In this document: piece after piece, positions 38,918 to 52,690 of the stretch
Numbering within the stretch: position 1 is the stretch's first letter
How the letters are laid out: each line of letters begins with the position of its first letter
Source: Zygnema circumcarinatum SAG 698-1b
Lineage: Eukaryota > Plantae > Zygnematophyceae
Assembly: GCA_037447605.1 (NCBI GenBank)
Contig: CM074807.1
Location: 4,223,380-4,287,379 of the forward strand
DNA length: 64,000 nucleotides
Direction: 5' to 3'
Made by a program: the position numbers and the translations under genes
The notes under the pieces: model-generated
Seen by the model: the letters and a program-made list of their open reading frames with translations, nothing else
Databases searched by the model: none
What the model was told of the DNA's origin: nothing

Positions 38918-40080
38918 GGGGGAGTCAGACCTTGACCATCGCCAAATCAATTTGGCAAGCCTGTAGGGCGAATTAAGCATTGGCTAGGTACTGTACTGTA
39001 CGCATTTCAGTACGGCTGTGTACGGCGGAGCCGCGGATCCCGACGCGGAATTCGTACACGAAAGAAGTGACTTTTAGTATAAGGAAGGGTAGTGATATTT
39101 CCACCCCTTTTTTGGATCCAAACACCCCTTCCCGGCCGGGCAGATTTCAAAAGGGATTAAAAACGGAAAATGCTTTTTTCACACTTTTTTGGAATCGATA
39201 CCCACCTTCTTCCGTCGGCTGATTTTATTTTTGCTAACCAAGGAAAATGATAACCCGTCACCGCATTTTGAATACTGTATCCCGCCTCCCTGAATTTTTT
39301 TTTTGAGGGAAAGAAATATCTGCCTGCCCGAATCCGCTCGGAGCGAAAGATCCGTCTGCCACGAGATCGTTCGCGGGTGTCCGTCCTTCACACGTGTGTG
39401 TCAATCGCAACTGTCGATTCCCTCACAGATCGCACCACTGCAGATTACCGTTCGATCTGCAGCCGGGCTCGATCTTAGCGAATGGAAAGCGCCCACGAGT
39501 CCCGTCAAAGCCGGATCGCACGAGCGAGTGCGCACGTCCATCGGCGAGATCTCGTCATTGTTAGCTCCAGCCAATCAACAGCTGCCACGTGTTACATTTT
39601 TGACGTGGAAAATTTTGATTAGTCCAAGCTCTCAATGTACGAAATTTTGGTTCCTCAAAGTTGCGACCGTACGATATTTGTACGAACAAACTGTCGAGGC
39701 GACTTTGGCGGGATACGTGGGCTCGTGCCATTCGCTGTGACTGAGCCCGGCTGCAGATCAAATAGTGATCTGTCGTTTTGGGATTTGCGAAGGAATCGAC
39801 GGCTGTGATTGACCGCACGCGTGAAAAGAAATTCAGGTAGGCGGGATATTCAAAATGGGGTGGCGGGTTATCATTTTCCTTGTTTCGCAAAAACAAAATC
39901 TGCCGATGGAGGGTGGGTATCGATTCCAAAAAGGTGTGAAAAAAGCATTTTCCGTTGTTAATCCTTTTTGAAATCTGCCCAGCCGGGAAGGGGTGTTTGG
40001 ATCCAAAAAAGGGGTGGAAATATCACTACCCATAAGGAATTCGGGAATTTCGTAAGCGATGGTCAAGGTCTGACTCCCCC
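38918..40080. mobile_element. MITE family A, copy A2 (~210 bp) interrupted by element B1
   Basis: Perfect 25-bp TIR GGGGGAGTCAGACCTTGACCATCGC, flanked by TA on both sides. Confidence 0.9.
39087..40031. mobile_element. Foldback / Mutator-like non-autonomous element B1, 945 bp
   Basis: TIRs start GGGTAGTGATATTTCCACCCC and extend ~200 bp, with further degenerate inverted homology inside. 8-bp TSD ATAAGGAA at 39079-39086 and 40032-40039. Confidence 0.9.
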
Positions 40081-40098
40081 TAAGGCCCTCATATAAAA

Positions 40099-41753
40099 GG
40101 GTAGTGATATTTCCACCCCTTTTTTGGATCCAAAGACCCCTTCCCGGCCGGGCAGATTTCAAAAAGGATTAAAAACGGAAAATGCTTTTTTCACACCTTT
40201 TTGGAATCGATACCCACCTTCCGTCGGCTGATTTTATTTTTGCTAACCAAGGAAAATGATACCCCGTCACCGCATTTTGAATACTGTATCCCGCCTCCCT
40301 GAATTTTTTTTTAGAGGGAAAGGAAATATCTGCCTGCCCGAATCCGCTCGGAGCGGAAGATCCGTCCGCCACGAGATCGTTCGCGGGTGTCCGTCCTTCA
40401 CACGTGTGTGTCAATCGCAGCTGTCGATTCCCTCGCAGATCGCACCATGGCAGATCACCGTTCGATCTGCAGCCGGGCTCGATCTCAGCGAATGGAAAGC
40501 GCCCACGAGTCCCGTCAAAGCCGGATCGCACCTGCGAGTGCGCGCGTTCCTCGGCCCGAGATCTCGTCATTGTCAGCTTCTAGCCAATCAACATCTGCCA
40601 GGTGTTACATACCGACGTGGAAACTTTTGATTGGTTCAAGCTCTTAATGTATAAAATTTTGGGTTCCTCAAAGTTGCGACCGTACGACATTTGTACGGAC
40701 AAACTTTTGAGACGACTTTGGCGGGACACGTGGGCAAGTGCCATTCGCTGTGACCGAGCCCGGCTGCAGATCGAATAGTGATCTGCCGTGTTGCGATCTG
40801 CGAGGAAATCGACGGCTGCGATTGACCGCACGCGTGAAAAAAAAATTAGGTAGGCGGGATATTCAAAGGGGGCGACTATTTACAGTGTACGGATTCTGAA
40901 TGTAGTGTACGATTTCTCCGGGCAGCAAGAAAATCCTTTTTTTTCTGCCCGGCGCTGTTTCATACTTTTCAGAATAAATACAGACCTTTTTTCGTCGGAT
41001 GTACGGATAGTGATTTGAAATGTACGAAGCCTGCGCATCTACAAGGTATAAGGGCGCAACACGTGGAGCGACATGATTGGCCGCGACAACATATGACGTG
41101 GCAAGTATGTTTGGGACCGTGACGTGACGAAACGAGACGCGAAAAAAGTGGAGTCCGCGGACGGCAGTCGGAAATGGCCGGAATTAAAACTGACAGAAAA
41201 AGATAGGGCACATAACGTAGCGTGTTTCAGGAAAAATCTGTCAGTTTTTATTCCCGCCATTTCCGACTGCCGTCCGCGGACTCCACTTTTGTCGCGTCTC
41301 GTTTCGTCACGTCACGGTCCCAAACATACTTGTCACGTCATATGTTGCCGCGACCAATCATGTTGCTCCACGTGTTGCGCCCTTATACCTTGTAGACGCG
41401 CAGGCTTCGTACATTTCAAATCACTATCCGTACATCCGACGAAAAAAGGTCTGTATTTATTCTGAAAAATATGAAACAGCGCCGGGCAGAAAAAAAAGGA
41501 TTTTCTTGCTGCCCACCGAAATCGTACACTACATTCAGAATCCGTACACTGTAAATAGTCGCCCCCATATTCAAAATGGGGTGACGGGTTATCATTTTCC
41601 TTGTTTCGCAAAAATATGATCTGCCGATGGAGGTGTTGGTATCGATTCCAAAAAGGTGTTAAAAAAGCATTTTCCGTTTTTAATCCTTTTTTAAATCTGC
41701 CCGGCCGGGAAGGGGTGTTTGGATCCAAAAAAGGGGTGGAAATATCACTACCC
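40099..41753. mobile_element. Element B2 (second B copy) carrying insertion C
   Basis: Same TIRs as B1. 8-bp TSD ATATAAAA at 40091-40098 and 41754-41761. Confidence 0.9.
40868..41566. mobile_element. Near-perfect palindromic foldback element C, 699 bp (MULE-like)
   Basis: Ends GGGGGCGACTATTTACAGTGTACGGATTCTGAATG... and its reverse complement, with ~330-bp arms. 9-bp TSD ATATTCAAA at 40859-40867 and 41567-41575; B1 shows the single-copy empty site. Confidence 0.92.
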
Positions 41754-41988
41754 ATATAAAACGGAAGTGAGAGTGAAAGAGTGAATGATCTCCAGCTCCA
41801 GATCTGTCACAATTCGCCAGCCAGCTAGCCAGCCAGCCAGCCAGCCAGCCAGGCAGGCTCCAGCCCCCCCCGGACGGGACTGGAGGCGCGTACTCGCTCC
41901 AAAGTCGTTCCTTCTTTTCTGAAGGCGGCAGCCAAGGAGGCAGGAAGTGGCCCGGAAGGCGCTCGAGCGCGTGTGCCTGGCGGCGGCC

Positions 41989-44900
41989 ATGGCGGCTGCG
42001 CGCGGGGCGGCTCGCAGGCTTCTCGACGCAGCGCGGCCATGGCGGCGCGGCGCGAGGGGCGTGTGCGGCAGCAGCAAAGGCGGCGCGGAGCTGGAGCGGC
42101 TCTCTGCGGAGTTCGACCTCGCGCGGCGCGCCTTCGCGAGCATCCCTGCTGCGCTGGCGGCGCTACCCAAGATGGACCCTAGCGGTGGGTGCACGCCCCC
42201 TTCTGCTGACTTTGTGGCTTTTGCTCCGTCGCTCCAGGCGGCTGCCAGGACCGCATGTTAATAAAGCTGCATGGATCGAAAGCATTCGCACGCAGCAGAT
42301 CTGATAGTATGGCAGCTGGTTAACTCTGAAAAAACCTGTTTTATTTGAGAAACTGAGGCTTTCCCCCGAGCTGCGACATTATTGAAACAAAGCTCCTTGG
42401 AAAAGGAAAACGTCGTTTGTGGCCTTGTAATGAGTAGTTTGATGATATTGTGAACTTTTCACTTCAAGAACTGCCATTGAAAACATCAGTTATTCAATGA
42501 ACCGGAGAATCTGCTCGGAGACGACGACTTGCGAAGCTGCTGGTTACGATATGGAGTGGTCGATTCCTCAGGATCAGCGCGACTATGCTCAGTTCTTCCT
42601 GTGCAAGTGGTCCCGTGCTTTTGGCATAATCTGCACAAGCGAAGCACAGAAGGGCCCTGTGCGCATTTAGTGATCGATTTCTGTAGAGTTGTGGAGCCGC
42701 CGTTCATAAAATCAGTCGGTGGAACCAGCCATTCTCTCCTTGTGAAGGACAGGGCTGCGCGGTACTCCTTGGAGATAAGAATTTCACCTGGTTTATGTTT
42801 CCTTTCATCAAACAAACAGGGAGGTGATATCCGATCATCTGCTTCTACCAGTGACCACATTTGTCACATGTGCAATATGATGAGTCAGGGCTGGGAGAGG
42901 GATTTCTGGGGCATCAGGTGTGTATGCAAATCATAATGTCCGGCTGGATCGCATCAAAGTGTTCGGTTTTGACTATGATTACACTCTGTGAGTGCTGCTC
43001 CCTCTCGCATTGGCTCACCACGTTCACATCGTTCTCTCAAGTTCAGGGTTTTAGTGATACGTGTTTTGGAGTCAGTGCATTGCTACCAACTTTAGTGCGA
43101 CGAGCAAGAGTTCGCCGTAAGAGCCATCACACAAGGTTAAATTGTTAATCAAGAAACAATGTCTATAACTGCTATAGCTTAATGCAGAGCACATGTTCTT
43201 GCGGATTACTTGCTGCCAAGGACGTTTTCTTTTCCCATTATGTAGTTGCAACCTTGACTTGAATTTTCTTTTTGTATTGTAACCAGTTTGTTTGACGCAC
43301 GCCAAGAACATCACTTCTGGATTGCATTAGAAGGTGTGCTGGCTTGAAAAGATTTGGTGTTTGTCGAGGTTCAGGGCACACTACACAAAGGAGCTACACA
43401 CGCTTATCTATGATCTGGCCAAGGAGCATCTTGTCAAGGAGGTCTGCTCTCGTGGTCCCGCAGAATTGCGCTTGAATGTTTTGATGAGTCACTAAAGTAA
43501 GACTTGCACACGTTAGACTTAGGCTTGCATGGCCGGGATCACCAACCTTCCCTCTACGGCTGCCAGACAACACCTCTGATAAGCCAAAAAATCCCATTTA
43601 TTCCAAACCTTTCGATTGGGAGCCTCTTGGGGCAGCTCCGTTACCCGGAGACTTGCTTGGACTTCACCTACGATCCCGCATTTCCTATTCGTGGCCTTTA
43701 CTACGACAGGAAGAGTGGCTTTCTCCTCAAGCTCGACTTCTTTCACACTGTCGAGCCAGGAGCTTGCTATTTCGGACGTCGCCAGGTTACACGTTTTCCG
43801 TTGTTACCAAATGTTGCAAGAAGGCGCTGTAGGAGGGGGAGGGGGAAGGAGGGGGAGTCGGAATGACAGCTTTGTCCTTTTGAAGGACATCTACAGTTTC
43901 TGCCAGTTTGCAAGTGTCTCCCAGTGTCTACCCATGCGTGTTTGGCCAGTCTGGGCTGCGAGAGCAAACCCCCACGTGACGATCTTTTGCGGCTGAGTGC
44001 GCGAGAGGGGCGGTGCAGGTGGCGCAGGAGGAGCTGGACGCGGCGTACGGCGGCAGCCACATCAGCGTCCACCACATGCCCAACCTGGCAGCGCTGCTCG
44101 ACCTCTTTGCTCTCAGCGAGGTCTCCACGCAGTTGCCTGCGTTTAGTGCAGGATGGCCGAGTCCAATCATGCAGATTCAAATGAGAGCAGCAATGGATAG
44201 GCTAGTGCCCCGTTTGGCATTTCCTCGTGCATTTTTTTCCAGAGCTTGATGACATTCGATGGATTATGAAGACAAGCACTGTTCAATTCCTTGCACTACT
44301 CACCTGTTCTCACCTTGCTGCTGCGGGTGGGCTGCAGACATGTCTTATCTCCGATGTAATCCAGCACTTTGTGGAGCGTCGTCTCGACTTTGACCCGTCA
44401 TATGTGTATGAAGATGTGAAACGTTGCATTGACCACGTGCACCGCTCTCAAAGCATGCATCGTCACATCCTGCGGGACCCTGCACGCTATCTTGTGAAGA
44501 ATGTGCGTTTCGTTTGAATGTAGCTTTAGCTTCGATACTGACCAACCCCGCTGCTATCCCGGGAGCACGGGTCGCGCTGTTGCTCCACACCTAATCTTGG
44601 AAGTCCCGAGGCAGCATGCTTGGAACAAGTTAGTGTGGTTTTTCTAGGCTTGTTAATCTATTGACCCAGTAAACCTCATATTGAACGGCATTAACGAACT
44701 TGATGCGTCAACTCTTCGAAGTCGGAAGGGAATCGTGTCCTGAATTTGAGCGTCGGCTCAGCAGCGTCTAACGAGAAGAGGGCGGCAATGGAGCAGGATG
44801 CCATAAAGGAGTTTCTGCTGGAGTTGCGGGACCGCGGCAAGCAGCTTTTCCTGCTTACTAATTCGCCATTCCCCTTTGTGGATGGGGGCATGCGCTATCT

Positions 44901-46694
44901 CTTCCAGGTAGCTCCCCTTTGCGCCGGACGGCCCGCAGGTTTCTCTGCAGTGCGGTGGCTCACAGGGCGGGCGCGGCGCGGCGCAGGATGACGGGGCGCT
45001 GGGAGAGTCGTGGCGACATCTGTTTGATGCCGTCATTGCACTCGCGGACAAGCCCAACTTCTACCATTCCAGTCGTCCATTCAGGTGCGAGGACACCTAG
45101 CTGAATAGCTCCTCTTCACTAGCAGTGAACACATGCCCACATACCCTGCCGACAAGTGTTAACAACCCTTTAACCAGAGTCGTCTCTTCCTGTTTTTCTT
45201 TAAGCGGCACAGGACGTTTCTTCAGTCGTGTATGCCTGACACGAGTTCGTGTGGTTGCCACTTAGTTCTGCTATGATGCTTTGATTGACTCTCGTATGAG
45301 GAAAGTGAGCTGCAGGACATACAATAGCAGTGGCGACAATCTCTCTTTTCGCCGAGTGGAGTCCTTCAGGCGTGGGGGTGTGTATTATCACGGCTGCTTG
45401 CAGGATTTCCTGGCCATCACCCAATATAGAGGACCAGAGGTGGGTTTCATTTTGCAATTCCTACTTTCCGCCTTTTTCGCAGTCTGAGGAAGCTACATGG
45501 AGCATCATCTATGAATTGCCCTACAGTGTCTACACGTTTCTGTTTGACGGCCCAGCATACCACGAGATAAGATACAGAAATAAAACAACAATATCTCATT
45601 TTCTGAAAGAGACTCGTTATGAAAGCTTATGCTCTGACTGAAGACCTGATGATAAAAACCGTCAGGATTCATGTGGACTAAGCTGTGAATAGATTCTAAA
45701 CCTGCTCACAAAGTAACACATGAACATATCTTTGATGAAGTTGCTTCTATGATTGAGATGAGACGTTATTGGCGTCAGGTGCTTTACTTTGGAGACCAAG
45801 TGTACACAGACTTGCGGGGCCCCCAGAGGGCGGGCTGGCGAACAGCGGCCATCATCCATGAGCTGGAGGTGGGGGCAGTGGAAGTGCGCAGCGGAGCTTG
45901 TCTTCTGCGGGCTTAGGGGCTTAGGGCAGATGAGATTGCAGGTTGCCCTGCCTGCGTGCAGAGAGAGCGGATTCTCCCTCCACAAAGGCCTGCCGGCCAT
46001 GCTGTCTGGTGCCTTGCTGCCTTATTAGGAATGCATGCCATGACCGTCGGCGGCTTCGCTGCACGGGCAATGTTGCAGACCTGGTCATCTGAAGTATTCA
46101 GGAGGAATTGTCACCTTTGCACGGGTTGTGTGTGTGGCACAGCAAGACATTATGACCTCCAATGAACAGGAGTACCGCTTCAATCAGGTAAAGCGCAATT
46201 TGGTCTGAAATGTACACCAATAGAAAAGGAACTGACTCTAATTCGAAGTGCTCTCTGAGTTCCAGCCCATTGCGGAGTGTTTTCAAGCATGCAATTTAGT
46301 AGCACATAACAACAACAGCAGGCAGGTTGGATTGGACGTGCAGGCCAAGTATCATGTGGTACAGAAACTACTCGGAGATTTCCACCGTCTACCCGCAGGA
46401 CAGCGCAGTTCCCACCAACCTACGCTGTTTGAAGGGCTGAATGCGGCGAGAGAAGAAGCGCAGACAAAAATGCGTTCTATGTTCAATCCGTATTTTGGCT
46501 CTCCGTTTCTTACAAGCAGCGGCAAGGAGTCGGCGTTCGCCTACAACGTCCAGCGCTATGCTGATGTGTATACGAGCAAGCTTGAAAACTTTCTAAAAGT
46601 ACCACCCGATGCGTGGATATATACGCCATATGATGTGAAGATATTGCCCCATCATGTCAAGGTTTGCTCCTCCCCCACAAGATACATTGCTTGA
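41989..46694 (+). CDS. HAD-superfamily subfamily IG 5'-nucleotidase (NT5DC-like), probable organellar transit peptide
   Basis: GVYANHNVRLDRIKVFGFDYDYTL (HAD motif I), YDPAFPIRGLYYD...KLDFF, GKQLFLLTNSPFPFVDGGM, VYYHGCL, AYNVQRYADVYTSKLENF and YDVKILPHHVKV. The final exon is uncertain. Confidence 0.93.
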
Positions 46695-47455
46695 GTTAGT
46701 TACTAAAGTAATCCATCCTATTCTGTATCTGGTCCATGACCCTTAATGTCCAGCAAGTACAATGCACGCCATGCAGCACGTGCAGGTTCGCCCCAAGACC
46801 TCACCCTGTCAGGGGATGATGCACGCAGGTCGGGCCGACGCATGTTCTGGAGGCGCCGTAGGCGGAGCGGGGTGGGCGAGAAGTGGGCACCCGCGAATGA
46901 TTGGATTTTGAATAACAAGGGGGTGTGGTCCAAAGGGCTCCGCGACCCATGCTCTGCTTTGCAGCCACAGGCTTTCTTCTTTTCATGTCTTACCTTCAAT
47001 GGGAACTCAAAGTGCCGCTCGTATGCCACTTGGAAGGTTTTGCATGCCTATTAGGGTTGGGGCCACCTGAGCACGGCCACGTCCTTAAGGGGGGCACGCG
47101 ACCGCCCGTGTCCTGCCCTGTCCTGCCCGTGCCCTACTGCTGCCCTGCCCTGCCCCTGCCCCTGCCCTTACCGCCTGGAAAGGGAGTGGAAGGGGATGGC
47201 ACGCCCTACCGAAACTTCCCACAGCGTACACTCGTGCCCTCCGGCCCTTCCCCCCCGTGCTCAGTATGCCCCGTCACGCCCGGGCCACACGTGCCATACG
47301 GTACGCGCGAAGGCACTGTTCGTATTTTTTGCACCGACCGTGTTTTCCGGATTCTCGTCGTTACCGCTATCAAAGCGTGCCAGAACTAGGAATGGCAAAA
47401 AGTTCGTGCAAGTTACTTTTAGCGTTTTTGATTTCAATATTAGAATGTTCTAATA

Positions 47456-47641
47456 GGGCGGGTCAGACTTAACACATGACCGAATCAATTTAGTAAGCCC
47501 TGAATTAAGCATTGGCTAGGTACGCATTTTGCTACGGCTAGGTTCGGCGAAGCCGCGGATCTCGACCCGGAATTCGTGTACGAAACTTTAGTATACTAAA
47601 TTCGAAAATCTAGTACGCTCCCAGCTAAGTCTGACCCGCCC
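47456..47641. mobile_element. MITE family A, diverged subfamily copy A3
   Basis: Perfect 16-bp TIR GGGCGGGTCAGACTTA. Shares GAATTAAGCATTGGCTAGGTAC and GCCGCGGATC...GGAATTCGT with A1 and A2. Confidence 0.85.
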
Positions 47642-48411
47642 TAATATCTAGAACTTACAGAGTTTTAAAACACTTTTGGAATTTTCGTACGACCATTAAA
47701 ATTGAGCGACGAGAACGAACGAACGGTTGTACGTGCGACTAATTGGCGGTCTTACAACAGAGAGGTTACCGTACGGCCATCCGATTATACGACCCTTTCT
47801 GAAAGTGTTTTATAAAACGGTGTTTTATAAAACGGATTTGACGTGCTGCATTACATGCCACGCGTTACTAAGCCACGCCAGGGCAAGACTTGCCATGCCA
47901 CGCCATGCCCATGCCAATGTCATGCCATACAAGGCCACGCCATGCCACTCCATGCCATCGCACACCATGACATCCAATGCCATGCCATCCCATGCCAGCC
48001 ATCCCTTGGCATATCGTAGCCATCATCTCACTGCTGGAAAACCACACACTGGTTCAGACCCGGCACACCTCCAGGGCCCACTGCGCGCTGCTTCGTCTGA
48101 GCGCGCAGCTGAAGGCACCATCGCAAAGAGATTCAGGCAAAACAAAACACAACCGCCAATTTCTTGCAATCGATGCCATAGCATGTTCAACCATCCCATT
48201 CAAAAAAAAATCATCCCATTCAGTCCCGAAATGACAAAGATTCTTTTCACTGGATTCTCTGAGGCCAGGATAGGAAGGCGAAAAAAAAATTCCCTTCGTT
48301 GACTCCACGGAAGGTTACAGAGAAAAACTTCTTTGCCCTCATCTAGCTCTGCTCCCTCATCAACTCCATATATGAATACACTCGCGTATGCCATCCTTTG
48401 CTTTTCCGAGC

Positions 48412-51362
<2,951 letters not shown>

Positions 51363-52029
51363 GGCGCCAGGCAGAGCGGAGCTGAGCGGGGCGAGGCGGA
51401 TGCACGCGGAGGGGCGGAAAGGGTCGAGCGAGGGCGCCCGCGCAGCAATGTCCGGGAGGGAGGGAGGGCGGGCGAGCGGCCGTCCGATGCCGCGCGCCGC
51501 ATCCACGGCCACGAAGAAACGCCTCGGACGACGGAGAGGGGGAGGGTTCAGACCCGCGTCGGCCGCGGCCCTAGCCAGCGGTAATTGGTATCTCGATACG
51601 TCGTAACGTATCGTAACCGATAACGGTACCGCCGTGGGAATCGAGTCGTCACGTCAGACTGGGGAGGGGGTCGCAGACAAACAAAACGGCAGTAATTTTT
51701 AAACCAGAACGAGTACTCCAGCGAGCTGGCGATCTGGGAACAGAGGAGTTTTACTACAACTTCCCTTTTCGTCAAACTCTGTGGTCGAGTTCAGAGAGCG
51801 AGCCGTACGGTCGGTGGATACAATTCATCATGATCGCATGCATGCCGTACCGTACGTCGTACGGTAGCGGGTGCGGGTGCGGGAGTGCCTGCTGCTGGTG
51901 CGCAGGGGCGCAGTAGCGGACGGGCAGACGCTGCTCGCTGTGCGCGGCAGGACTGTGACTGCGACTGCAACTGCGACTGCGGCACGGAGCACGGAGCGGC
52001 TGACGGGACGGCGCGTCCGGAGGAAAACG

Positions 52030-52215
52030 GTCGGTCGGGTCGGATCGGGTCGGTTCGGGTCGGTTCGGGCTGGTCGGGTCGACTCGGGGATCGGATCGGT
52101 TTGCCTCGGATCGGTCGGGGATCGGCTCGGGTCGGTTCGTTTCGTAGGTCGGGTCGGTTCGGGTCAGGATTCGGATCGGTTCGGGTCGGCTCGGGTGTCG
52201 GTTCGGGCCCGTCGG
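52030..52215 (+). repeat. Degenerate pentamer repeat (TCGGG/TCGGT/TCGGA)n between RPL11 and the START gene
   Basis: About 35 TCGGN units, directly readable. Confidence 0.9.
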
Positions 52216-52690
52216 TTCGGGGAGGGAGGGCGAGCGGCGGAGCCGCGGAGGGCGGGCGGATCGCTTTGTGATCGGAGGGGATCGGTGGGGATCGGGCGTG
52301 CGGGGCGGGGCGGCGCGCTGACGTGGCCCGATAACGCAGCCAGGTGCGGCGCGGGGCGGTACGGTGCCCGCCCGGAGACACGCAGCGCTGGATAGGCCCG
52401 CCCGCCCGCCTGCCCGCCTGCCTGCCTCGTCCTCCGCCTGCCTTGCCTCGCCTCGCCCCCAACCGCCGTTCCCCTCCCTTCTTTCCCATTCCCTCCCCTC
52501 CCCTCCTTCCCACCCCCCTCCCCTCCCCTCCTTCCCACCCCCCTGCCCTCCTTCCCTCCCCCCTCCCCTCCCCTCCCCTCCTTCCCACCCCCCTCCCCTC
52601 CTGCCCTCCCACCCCCCTCCCCTCCTTCCCCTCCCTTTCCCACTCCGCCTCGTCCTCTTACCGCCTTCCCGCTTCCTGGTTCTTTCCACC

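Noticed and set aside
44700-44790. Apparent insertion in the HAD nucleotidase before EFLLELRDRGK
   Set aside because: AAT|GTGCGT ... GAGCAG|GAT GCC removes it as an ordinary intron.
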